A stretch of DNA of 64,000 nt from positions 96,001 through 160,000 of IMG/VR virus record IMGVR_UViG_3300047557_001530; one strand, written 5' to 3'. Position numbers and translations under genes: made by a program. The stretch comes from a virus. Below the pieces are notes generated by a model. It worked only from the letters and a program-made list of their open reading frames with translations, ran no database searches and was not told where the DNA came from. Of this stretch, positions 1-6,741 are shown one piece after another (positions within the stretch are counted from its first letter, which is position 1; each line of letters begins with the position of its first letter).

Positions 1-2
1 AT

Positions 3-428
3 GCCACAAATGGAATTGAGCCGCCTAGAGATTACTTGTCCGTTAAGAAATCAAAGAAAGGACCTCTTAAGCAGATTGTCCCCAGTTATCAAACTCTCAA
101 AAATGCTTATACGCTTCTTTGGGATATGCCTAACAATACTGGTTATATCAATATTGTTGCTGTTATGCAGAAGTTCTTTGATCAAGCGATTTCTGGAAAC
201 TGGTCGTATAATCCAGAGAATTATGCCGATAATGAAGTTCCTACTTCGGTAATGGCTCAAGACTTCCTCAATACTTATAAGTATGGATGGAAAACTTCTT
301 ACTATCAAAATACATATGATGCTAAGAAGGATGAAGTTACCGAAGATCGACGCCAGCAAGATGTCGAAGATATGCTCAATGATTTGTTAAACCTACAGGA
401 GGACGATTGTGACAGTTGTAAAATTTAA
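3..428 (+). CDS. nrdA: Ribonucleotide reductase class Ia alpha subunit, C-terminal part (truncated by window start)
   Basis: ATNGIEP, QKFFDQAISGN, GWKTSYY and C-terminal CxxC (DCDSCKI) motifs; directly upstream of nrdB. Confidence 0.97.
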   Translation, partial: ATNGIEPPRDYLSVKKSKKGPLKQIVPSYQTLKNAYTLLWDMPNNTGYINIVAVMQKFFDQAISGNWSYNPENYADNEVPTSVMAQDFLNTYKYGWKTSYYQNTYDAKKDEVTEDRRQQDVEDMLNDLLNLQEDDCDSCKI

Positions 429-1593
429 ACTCAACGAAGAACCCATGAGCCACATTCAAGGAATGACTGTATTCAATACAGAAGAAGTCAATACTCTAAA
501 ACAACCGATGTTCTTTGGTGCCCCCTTGGGGGTCCAAAGATATGATCAATTTAAGTATCCTGTCTTTGATAAACTGACTCAACAACAACTTGGTTATTTC
601 TGGAGACCTGAAGAAGTTTCTCTTCAGAAAGATCGTGCTGATTATCAAACTCTTCGTCCTGAACAAAAACACATTTTCACTTCTAACCTTAAGTACCAGA
701 TCCTCTTGGATTCTGTACAGGGGCGTGGTCCTGGGATGGCTTTTCTTCCTTACTGTTCACTACCTGAGCTTGAATCTTGTATGACGGCGTGGGAATTTAT
801 GGAGATGATTCACTCCCGTTCATACACTTATATCATCAAGAATGTGTATCCAGATCCTTCAGAAGTTCTTGATACTATTATCAATGATGAGCAAATCCTT
901 CAACGTGCTCAAAGTGTAACTAAGTCATACGACGAATTCATTCAAGCTGCTCAGGATTATTCTTCTGGTAATCAATGGCAGCATCAACTTGAAGGTGTTC
1001 CTGCTGCTAAAGAAACTCTTTATGAACTCAAAAGAAAACTATACCGTGCCATTGTTAACGTTAATATTCTGGAAGGTATACGCTTTTATGTCTCGTTCGC
1101 TTGTTCTTTTGCCTTTGGCGAACTCAAACTCATGGAAGGAAACGCCAAAATCATCGGACTAATTGCCCGTGATGAATCACAACATCTTGTAATCACACAG
1201 AATATTATTAATAAGTGGCATAGTAATGATGACCCAGACATGCTACAGATTGCCAAAGAAGAAGAGCAAACTGTTTATGATATGTTTAGGCAATGTGTTG
1301 AGGAAGAAAAATGTTGGGCAGATTATCTTTTTAAAGATGGTTCTATGATTGGTTTGAATGCTAAATTACTTCAAAAGTATGTTGAGTGGACAGCTAATCG
1401 TCGCCTCAAAGCAATTGGTCTCAACCCAATCTTTGATGCTCCTTTGAATAACAATCCTCTTCCCTGGACTGAACATTGGCTATCTTCTAAAGGTCTTCAA
1501 GTTGCCCCACAAGAAACAGAAGTTGAATCTTATGTGATCGGTGGTCTTAAACAAGATGTGAAAGAAGATACTTTCGCTGGATTCCAGCTTTAA
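409..1593 (+). CDS. nrdB: Ribonucleotide reductase class Ia beta subunit
   Basis: FWRPEEV, EMIHSRSY, LEGIRFYVSFA, IARDESQH, VAPQETE motifs; uninterrupted. Confidence 0.98.
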   Translation: MTVVKFKLNEEPMSHIQGMTVFNTEEVNTLKQPMFFGAPLGVQRYDQFKYPVFDKLTQQQLGYFWRPEEVSLQKDRADYQTLRPEQKHIFTSNLKYQILLDSVQGRGPGMAFLPYCSLPELESCMTAWEFMEMIHSRSYTYIIKNVYPDPSEVLDTIINDEQILQRAQSVTKSYDEFIQAAQDYSSGNQWQHQLEGVPAAKETLYELKRKLYRAIVNVNILEGIRFYVSFACSFAFGELKLMEGNAKIIGLIARDESQHLVITQNIINKWHSNDDPDMLQIAKEEEQTVYDMFRQCVEEEKCWADYLFKDGSMIGLNAKLLQKYVEWTANRRLKAIGLNPIFDAPLNNNPLPWTEHWLSSKGLQVAPQETEVESYVIGGLKQDVKEDTFAGFQL

Positions 1594-1602
1594 ACTGAAT
1601 AG

Positions 1603-1629
1603 ATAAATACCTCCGAAAGGAGGTTTTTT
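1603..1629 (+). terminator. T4-type late promoter (ATAAATA) followed by an intrinsic terminator hairpin
   Basis: ATAAATA 1603-1609, then CCTCC-GAAA-GGAGG plus T run. Confidence 0.75.
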
Positions 1630-1632
1630 ATT

Positions 1633-1971
1633 ATGAAAGTGCAATCAGCAAAAGCGAAAGGTCGCCGTCTTCAACAATGGGTTCGTGATAAACTTATCGA
1701 AATGCTTGATGTCCATCCTGAAGATATTGAAAGTAGATCTATGGGTGCTGGTGGGGAAGATTTAATTATGGCACGAGCTGCCAGACAAAAGTTTCCTCAC
1801 AGCATTGAATGTAAAAATGTAGAAAAGTTAAATGTTTGGGAAGCATATGAACAAGCCCAAGCAAACTCAGGTGATTATGAACCAGTCCTTGTCATGAAAA
1901 AGAATGGCAAAAAGCCATTGGTTGTAGTAGATGCCGAGTATTACATTCAACTTCACGGAGAAAAACAATGA
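1633..1971 (+). CDS. PD-(D/E)XK nuclease, Holliday-junction-resolvase-like
   Basis: N-terminal SAKAKGRRLQQ, GEDL and IECK motifs. Confidence 0.7.
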   Translation: MKVQSAKAKGRRLQQWVRDKLIEMLDVHPEDIESRSMGAGGEDLIMARAARQKFPHSIECKNVEKLNVWEAYEQAQANSGDYEPVLVMKKNGKKPLVVVDAEYYIQLHGEKQ

Positions 1972-2672
1972 AAATTACTTTACAAAATTTCTTTGAACAC
2001 TTTGATAAGAATAATCCGAATCATGTAAAAGCAGTACAAATGTTTCTACATGCCCTAGAAAAAGCAGCACCAGAAGAACTAGAAGATACTTCTGGCTGGG
2101 TCAAAACATTCAGAACACCTGTTCAAAAACAAGCAACAAATATTTTAGAAAACTTTCCTTGGTTTCCTCAGACAGACAACTACAGGGATGCACAAAGAAC
2201 TTGTAATAGTTCTGCCTGTGCTATGTGCTTAGAATATTTAAAGCCAGGTACACTCAAAGGACCTAAAGGTGATGATGCTTATGTTCAAAAAGTATTTGCT
2301 ATAGGTGATACCACTGACCACACGGTTCAAACTCGTGTGTTGATGTCTTATGGTATTAATTCTGCTTTTAGATATAACTTAACATTTGATGAACTCGATA
2401 AGCAACTTGCAGCCAAGCGTCCAGTTGTTATTGGAATCCTTCACAGGGGAACCCTAGCAGCCCCTACAGGAGGCCATATGGTTGTTGTGATTGGGAAGAC
2501 GCCCGCAGGCGATTACATCGTTCACGACCCTTATGGCAGCCTTAACGACGGTTATACAGGACCTGTTACAAATGGCAGGGGTGCGGTGTATAAGCGTAGC
2601 GATCTTGTGCGTAGATGGTGTCCTGCAGGAAATGATGGTTGGGGTAGAGTTTTTGATGCTGTAAAAAAGTAG
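1968..2672 (+). CDS. C39-like (papain-fold) peptidase, probable endolysin N-terminal part
   Basis: FPQTDN...RTCNSSACAM (Cys), GGHMVVVIG (His), VHDPYG (Asp). Confidence 0.85.
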   Translation: MKITLQNFFEHFDKNNPNHVKAVQMFLHALEKAAPEELEDTSGWVKTFRTPVQKQATNILENFPWFPQTDNYRDAQRTCNSSACAMCLEYLKPGTLKGPKGDDAYVQKVFAIGDTTDHTVQTRVLMSYGINSAFRYNLTFDELDKQLAAKRPVVIGILHRGTLAAPTGGHMVVVIGKTPAGDYIVHDPYGSLNDGYTGPVTNGRGAVYKRSDLVRRWCPAGNDGWGRVFDAVKK

Positions 2673-2704
2673 AAAGTTCTATCCCTCAAGCTGGGATAGA
2701 ACTT
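2663..2704 (+). other. Programmed -1 ribosomal frameshift signal
   Basis: A_AAA_AAG in frame at 2663-2669 immediately before TAG; perfect 12-bp hairpin AAGTTCTATCCC-tcaagct-GGGATAGAACTT at 2674-2704. Confidence 0.85.
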
Positions 2705-3145
2705 ATACGTGAGTTTGAAGGATGTCATTTACATGCCTATCCAGACCCAAAAACTGGCGGACCTCCTATTACAATTGGATGGGGAAGTACTAAAGATTTT
2801 AATGGTCAATCATTTAAAATGGGAAGGACAATAACACGAGAATATGCTGATAAACTTTTAGAATTTGATATTAAAAACAGATTCCTTCCTTATCTAGAAA
2901 AAATTCCTTATTGGGGAGAAATGAATGACAATCAACGGGGAGCACTTCTCAGCTTTGCTTATAATCTCGGTGCTGGCTTTTATGGCGGAGTTGGTTTTAA
3001 TACTATCTCTCGCAATTTACGTGAGAAAGATTGGTTATCAATCCCAAAAACATTAGAATTGTATCGTGATCCTGGCACTAACGTAGAAGCAGGATTACTG
3101 AGGAGAAGGAGAAGAGAAGGTTCTTTGTGGTTAGGAATAGGGTAA
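2669..3145 (+). CDS. GH24 phage lysozyme domain, reached in the -1 frame of the peptidase ORF
   Basis: The -1 frame reads VESSIPQAGIELIREFEGCHLHAYPDPKTGGPPITIGWGST before the ATG at 2819, then NQRGALLSFAYNLG...GLLRRRRREG. Confidence 0.9.
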   Translation, partial: VESSIPQAGIELIREFEGCHLHAYPDPKTGGPPITIGWGSTKDFNGQSFKMGRTITREYADKLLEFDIKNRFLPYLEKIPYWGEMNDNQRGALLSFAYNLGAGFYGGVGFNTISRNLREKDWLSIPKTLELYRDPGTNVEAGLLRRRRREGSLWLGIG

Positions 3146-3469
3146 AGCAATACCTTCGCTTAACATTTTTTCATTTAATGTGACAGGATCGCCAACAAGA
3201 TAAAGAGTGCCAAGTATTCTTCCATACTTGTCCTCTTTTGTTGTTTCAATAATCCACTCTCCTTCACGGGAGAGTTCTTTTTTTAGCCATTCTTTTGCCG
3301 ATAGACCTTTTTCTTTCTCTGCTAGGTCTTTGGTTCTAGTTTCGGCAGCATTAATATCTTTTAGTCTTATTCTTTGAGAGAGTGTGATACCAAAACCTAA
3401 ATCAATATCAACATCAATAGTGTCGCCATCAATGATTCTCTTGATCTTCTTGATCTTGTATTGATACAT
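3131..3469 (-). CDS. Staphylococcal-nuclease-like (thermonuclease) protein
   Basis: IIDGDTIDV, RIRLKDINAAET, DKYGRILG motifs. Confidence 0.85.
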   Translation of the reverse strand: MYQYKIKKIKRIIDGDTIDVDIDLGFGITLSQRIRLKDINAAETRTKDLAEKEKGLSAKEWLKKELSREGEWIIETTKEDKYGRILGTLYLVGDPVTLNEKMLSEGIALPYS

Positions 3470-3578
3470 CTTTCATCTCCAAATATGCTAACCTTAATAT
3501 GTAGTAAATTATCCAAGCAGTGAATACCAATCCACTGCCAAGTATAATAACTACTCCCCAAGGAAAATCGTGAATCAT
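3429..3578 (-). CDS. Small membrane protein (49 aa; not in the ORF track)
   Basis: MIHDFPWGVVIILGSGLVFTAWIIYYILRLAYLEM..., one hydrophobic helix, start overlaps the upstream stop. Confidence 0.55.
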   Translation of the reverse strand: MIHDFPWGVVIILGSGLVFTAWIIYYILRLAYLEMKDVSIQDQEDQENH

Positions 3579-3781
3579 TTTTTAACTTCTCTCAAAATCT
3601 CCATCATTAAATCTTGTTGTTTTTCAGAATCATTCTTCATTTCTTGAAGAGTTTTTTCCATCTGAATAATTTTTTGCTCTTGAACTACAGTCTTTTGTTG
3701 AAGACCCCAAAAACTTGTTACACCACCAATGATGGCAGCTCCTATTAGAGATGTTGCTATCGTGCCCATATTGAGTTCCAT
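3575..3781 (-). CDS. Small protein with N-terminal TM helix and coiled coil
   Basis: Hydrophobic N-terminus followed by Q/E/K heptads; tight operon packing. Confidence 0.6.
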   Translation of the reverse strand: MELNMGTIATSLIGAAIIGGVTSFWGLQQKTVVQEQKIIQMEKTLQEMKNDSEKQQDLMMEILREVKK

Positions 3782-3782
3782 T

Positions 3783-3977
3783 TTAATATCTACCTTCCTG
3801 TTTATGTATCCAAGTTTTTAATTCGTGAAGATATTGTCTAAGTTGATCTGCTTTTTCTAGATGCCATTTATCACCACTCTTGAAATACTCTTGAGTGTGG
3901 TTGTCTATTGCTTTGAGAATATTATGTATTGGTGCGTTCCAAGGCTCACGTTTGGGAGTATTCCATTCTCTTGGCAT
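3783..3977 (-). CDS. Hypothetical cyanophage protein
   Basis: ORF with GGAGG upstream, tight packing. Confidence 0.7.
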   Translation of the reverse strand: MPREWNTPKREPWNAPIHNILKAIDNHTQEYFKSGDKWHLEKADQLRQYLHELKTWIHKQEGRY

Positions 3978-4084
3978 ACTTCACTTTTTTTACCTCCATT
4001 CTTTGCCTTCTTCGCAGTAGCATTACCTTGATTTTGCTTTGGTTTCTTGGCAGCTTTGCTACCTTTGTTCTTTTCCTTAGACAT
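3905..4084 (-). CDS. Small basic protein (MSKEKNKG...KKAKNGGKK)
   Basis: Lys-rich ORF downstream of a minus-strand ATAAATA late promoter; 3' end uncertain. Confidence 0.5.
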   Translation of the reverse strand: MSKEKNKGSKAAKKPKQNQGNATAKKAKNGGKKSEVCQENGILPNVSLGTHQYIIFSKQ

Positions 4085-4122
4085 GATTCGGTATACCGAT
4101 ACACTAATATTTATGTGGGGGG

Positions 4123-4151
4123 TTGACAAGAGGCTAAATAGATGCTATATT
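4123..4151 (+). promoter_or_regulatory. sigma70-type promoter with embedded late promoter
   Basis: TTGACA-17nt-TATATT; CTAAATA within the spacer. Confidence 0.75.
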
Positions 4152-4199
4152 ATGAATTCCTCACATGTGGGGATCACATCATGAGAGAGTGAGTGACAA

Positions 4200-4268
4200 T
4201 TAGAGCCCAGGAAGGTGCCCCCCGAGAGGGGCGGTGTACCCCCCTTCTATTGGGATGTAGAGTTCTAT
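4200..4268 (+). ncRNA. Candidate structured 5' leader of the rlpA-like gene
   Basis: Nested helices TAGAGC/GTTCTA, CCA/TGG, GAAGG/CCTTC, GCCCC/GGGGC with a GAGA loop; GC-rich in an AT-rich genome. Confidence 0.5.
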
Positions 4269-4276
4269 TCAATTAA

Positions 4277-4639
4277 ATGCTTTTTAAAACCCTGTCTATT
4301 CTCGCCATTGCTACTGTAGGACTGGCACCCCTTCAAGCAAAGGCATCGAGCGGATGTTCCCTCGCATCACATTATGGAGTTGGTGACGGATATCACGGTC
4401 GCACCACCGCTAACGGTGAAAGATATAATGCTTACGGTCATTCCACAGCCCACAGATACCTTCCTTTTGGAACACGTCTCAGGGTAACTAACCAAGCGAA
4501 TGGCAGATCTGTAATTGTTCGTGTGAATGATCGGGGTCCTTTTGTGGGCGGACGATCACTTGACCTTTCTTATGGAGCATTCACTACTATTGCTTCTCCT
4601 GGTCAAGGCGTTGCCCGAGTCTGTTATTCCCGAGTATAA
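4277..4639 (+). CDS. rlpA: RlpA-family lytic transglycosylase (double-psi beta-barrel) with signal peptide
   Basis: ASHYG, HGRTTANGERYN, TAHRYLPFGT, VRVNDRGPF, LDLS motifs. Confidence 0.92.
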   Translation: MLFKTLSILAIATVGLAPLQAKASSGCSLASHYGVGDGYHGRTTANGERYNAYGHSTAHRYLPFGTRLRVTNQANGRSVIVRVNDRGPFVGGRSLDLSYGAFTTIASPGQGVARVCYSRV

Positions 4640-4651
4640 CAGCATAAATAT

Positions 4652-4675
4652 GGGGGAGGTATCTCCCCCTTTTTT
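4652..4675 (+). terminator. Intrinsic terminator
   Basis: GGGGGAG-gtat-CTCCCC plus T run. Confidence 0.75.
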
Positions 4676-4676
4676 A

Positions 4677-4973
4677 ATGTCTATTCAAGATTTACCAGAT
4701 GATGAAAAAGATGCTATTGATATTTTAGCAAAAGCTGGATACCTCAAAGCTTCCAATGATAAAATTGAAGTATCTTTAGAATCATCAAATACTTTAAATA
4801 TTCAACCAAAGGGAAATGTTTTTGGAGCAAAAGTAAAAGTAGAAAATGATGGAAGCATCACACCTACTCTCACTTTCGACACAAAAAAATTAAGAGATTC
4901 TAAAAGAATAGATGCTAAATCTGCTGTAGATCAAGCACTAGAAGATTATCTGAATGGTGGAGGCAATGTTTAA
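4677..4973 (+). CDS. Hypothetical protein
   Basis: ORF from MSIQDLP, downstream of an ATAAATA late promoter. Confidence 0.6.
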   Translation: MSIQDLPDDEKDAIDILAKAGYLKASNDKIEVSLESSNTLNIQPKGNVFGAKVKVENDGSITPTLTFDTKKLRDSKRIDAKSAVDQALEDYLNGGGNV

Positions 4974-5439
4974 ATTATTTGAAGTTAAGGAAGGAAAATT
5001 AAAAATTTTACCTTCATTAAGGTTTAAAAATATTGGTGGGTTTATTATAATTTCAATTGTTGCAATTATAATTGCTAACTTATCAGGAGCATTGAAAGTA
5101 AATGAAAGAGATCTTTGGAAATTTTATAATCTTTTAATTAATAGACTTGGTTTACAACAGGAACTACCTGACATAAGAGATCATGAAAAACAACTTGACG
5201 CTCAAATTGAATTGGAAGTTGATAAAGCAATTCGTGATTACGAACGCTTGACAGGAGACGATGGAACTGTTAGAATACCACCACCACGACGTTCCGAGAA
5301 ACCAGTAGACACCTCGGTGTGCTACACTCCTGAATGTCAAGCACTTGGAGGAGAAATCCGAATCTGTGCTCCATGGGTTCCAGATTGCCCCTTGACAAAC
5401 CAAGAACAATCTGGTACAATAAACAAGTTGTCTCAGTAG
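4966..5439 (+). CDS. Hypothetical membrane-anchored protein with Cys-rich C-terminus
   Basis: One TM helix; CYTPECQALGGEIRICAPWVPDC; stop codon lies inside tRNA-Arg. Confidence 0.7.
   Translation: MFKLFEVKEGKLKILPSLRFKNIGGFIIISIVAIIIANLSGALKVNERDLWKFYNLLINRLGLQQELPDIRDHEKQLDAQIELEVDKAIRDYERLTGDDGTVRIPPPRRSEKPVDTSVCYTPECQALGGEIRICAPWVPDCPLTNQEQSGTINKLSQ
5392..5420 (+). promoter_or_regulatory. sigma70-type promoter for tRNA-Arg/Val
   Basis: TTGACA-17nt-TACAAT. Confidence 0.85.
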
Positions 5440-5552
5440 CTCAGTGGAATAGAGCAACCGCCTTCGGGAGTTCCGAGTGGACTTAATGGGGAGCATTACC
5501 CTATACTCTCATAAGCGGTCGGTCGCTGGTTCAAATCCAGCCTGAGACGCCA
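5430..5552 (+). tRNA. tRNA-Arg(UCU) interrupted by a 46-nt insertion (5466-5511) between anticodon nt 35 and 36
   Basis: Acceptor GTCTCAG/CTGAGAC, G73, encoded CCA; D-loop with A20; anticodon stem ACCGC/GCGGT; removing 5466-5511 gives loop CT-TCT-AA. Confidence 0.9.
5466..5511 (+). other. Miniature structured tRNA intron-like element, copy 1
   Basis: P1 GGGAGT/ACTCTC, P2 TCC-GAGT-GGA, linker CTTA, P3 ATGGGG-AGCATTA-CCCTAT, terminal A; homologous to 41685-41729. Confidence 0.85.
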
Positions 5553-5624
5553 GGGCGATTAACTCAGCGGTAGAGTAATTCCCTTACAAGGAATGAGTCA
5601 CTGGTTCGATTCCAGTATCGCCCA
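5553..5624 (+). tRNA. tRNA-Val(UAC)
   Basis: Cloverleaf GGGCGAT/ATCGCCC; loop CT-TAC-AA. Confidence 0.95.
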
Positions 5625-5641
5625 TTACATCTATAAATATT

Positions 5642-5929
5642 ATGGACAAAGAACGATATTTAAAACTTAGAAAAGAACTTGACGATATAAAAGGAATGTT
5701 GAGAGATGTTAGTTATCAGATGCAAGAATTGCGGGAAAGTATTAGAGGAGCATCCTTCCCAACTACGATGCTGTCAGTGCCCCAACCTTACCAGCATCCG
5801 TGGTGGACATATCAGCGGTATGGATCTGTCGTTGGTGGAAATAATCTCGGGAGCCAAGTCCAAGCGTCAGGATCAATCGATCTTGACGAAACAAGATCTA
5901 GAATTTCAGGAACAACGAAAGCAGCGTAG
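5642..5929 (+). CDS. Hypothetical protein (overlaps the next ORF in another frame)
   Basis: ATG directly after TATAAATA late promoter; coiled-coil-like N-terminus. Confidence 0.45.
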   Translation: MDKERYLKLRKELDDIKGMLRDVSYQMQELRESIRGASFPTTMLSVPQPYQHPWWTYQRYGSVVGGNNLGSQVQASGSIDLDETRSRISGTTKAA

Positions 5930-5960
5930 AGTTCGTAGACTTGACTTTGAAGTAAGATAG
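5706..5960 (+). CDS. Zinc-ribbon-like cyanophage protein
   Basis: CKNC...CCQCPN; basic C-terminus RRVRRLDFEVR. Confidence 0.7.
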   Translation: MLVIRCKNCGKVLEEHPSQLRCCQCPNLTSIRGGHISGMDLSLVEIISGAKSKRQDQSILTKQDLEFQEQRKQRRVRRLDFEVR

Positions 5961-5969
5961 CCCTATAAT
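5941..5969 (+). promoter_or_regulatory. sigma70-type promoter
   Basis: TTGACT-17nt-TATAAT before tRNA-Pro. Confidence 0.85.
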
Positions 5970-5979
5970 GGGCTCATAA

Positions 5980-6051
5980 CGGGGTGTAAGTCAGCGGTAG
6001 ACGGCTTGCTTTGGGAGCAAGAAGACACTGGTTCGATCCCAGTCACCCCGA
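5980..6051 (+). tRNA. tRNA-Pro(UGG)
   Basis: CGGGGTG/CACCCCG acceptor, A73; loop TT-TGG-GA. Confidence 0.95.
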
Positions 6052-6069
6052 TTGTCATTACGACATACC

Positions 6070-6264
6070 ATGATTGAAATTACACAAGATGAATTTGAAA
6101 GCAACTTTGATGCCTACATGGATCGAGTTGAACAAAACCAAGAAATGTTTCTAATCAGACTACCTGATGGTAGAGGTGTTGTGATGGCACCTGTTGATGA
6201 AGAAACTAAAGAAGTTTTTGACAACGTTATTCAAAAAAATTATGTCCCTGAACTCACAGATTGA
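6070..6264 (+). CDS. Phd/YefM-like antitoxin-fold protein
   Basis: MIEITQDEFESNFDAYMDRVEQNQEMFLIRLPDGRGVVMAP matches the Phd/YefM beta-alpha-alpha-beta-beta pattern. Confidence 0.6.
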   Translation: MIEITQDEFESNFDAYMDRVEQNQEMFLIRLPDGRGVVMAPVDEETKEVFDNVIQKNYVPELTD

Positions 6265-6499
6265 AACTGCGAAAGATGCTGTAAGTAAAGCACTTATCAC
6301 AGCACTTGAAAATAAAAATGAACTTGTTGTTAGCAAGTTAATGAATTGCTATACAAGTTTGAGTACGATTACTGTTGCCGATACGTTTGCATCGTCATCG
6401 AAATATAAAATTGATTTTGGCGGTGGAATTTATACAAACAATTATAACATTCCTTGTTCTATGAACGATGATGTAATTTCATTCACTGGTCTGGGTTAG
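6242..6499 (+). CDS. Hypothetical protein
   Basis: ORF from MSLNSQIETAK. Confidence 0.6.
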   Translation: MSLNSQIETAKDAVSKALITALENKNELVVSKLMNCYTSLSTITVADTFASSSKYKIDFGGGIYTNNYNIPCSMNDDVISFTGLG

Positions 6500-6516
6500 A
6501 CTTTAAACTTACCCTG

Positions 6517-6741
6517 GTGGAGCCAATTACCCTAAATGCTATGTCAGAAGTTAACATGAGGTTTGTCGAAGAACTCGACACAGGTGACAAAGTAATCACG
6601 TATTACAGCGTGAAAGAGATTGACAATCGATTCTACTACGTGTATAATGATGTCAATCACGGTCCTTACGAGGACTTTGACGATGCTGTGGAAGCAGCTT
6701 ATGAAGATTTGATTCTTCAAACAGTCACGGATGGACTATAA
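6517..6741 (+). CDS. Hypothetical protein
   Basis: ORF; HGPYEDFDDAVEAA motif. Confidence 0.6.
   Translation: MEPITLNAMSEVNMRFVEELDTGDKVITYYSVKEIDNRFYYVYNDVNHGPYEDFDDAVEAAYEDLILQTVTDGL

Noticed and set aside
2819-3145. Stand-alone 108-aa lysozyme starting at ATG 2819 (ORF track)
   Set aside because: It would lack the catalytic Glu/Asp/Thr region encoded upstream in the same frame
3981-3994. A7 run in the small basic ORF (GGT AAA AAA AGT GA) as another frameshift site
   Set aside because: No stimulatory structure seen; one extra A would simply end the protein, so a homopolymer variant or error is as likely
5466-5511. Insert as a group I/II intron, BHB intron or theta/HDV-like ribozyme
   Set aside because: Too short for group I/II and no terminal G; no bulge-helix-bulge; lacks the P1.1 CC/GG pairing and sits in the anticodon, not the 3' trailer
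5462-5514. Reading the interrupted tRNAs as Met(CAU) or Ile(UAU) by shifting the splice points, since both inserts end CA before TAA
   Set aside because: Bodies carry Arg (A20, G73) and Thr (G1-C72, C2-G71) identity, and only 35/36 removal restores matching anticodons in both; not excluded experimentally
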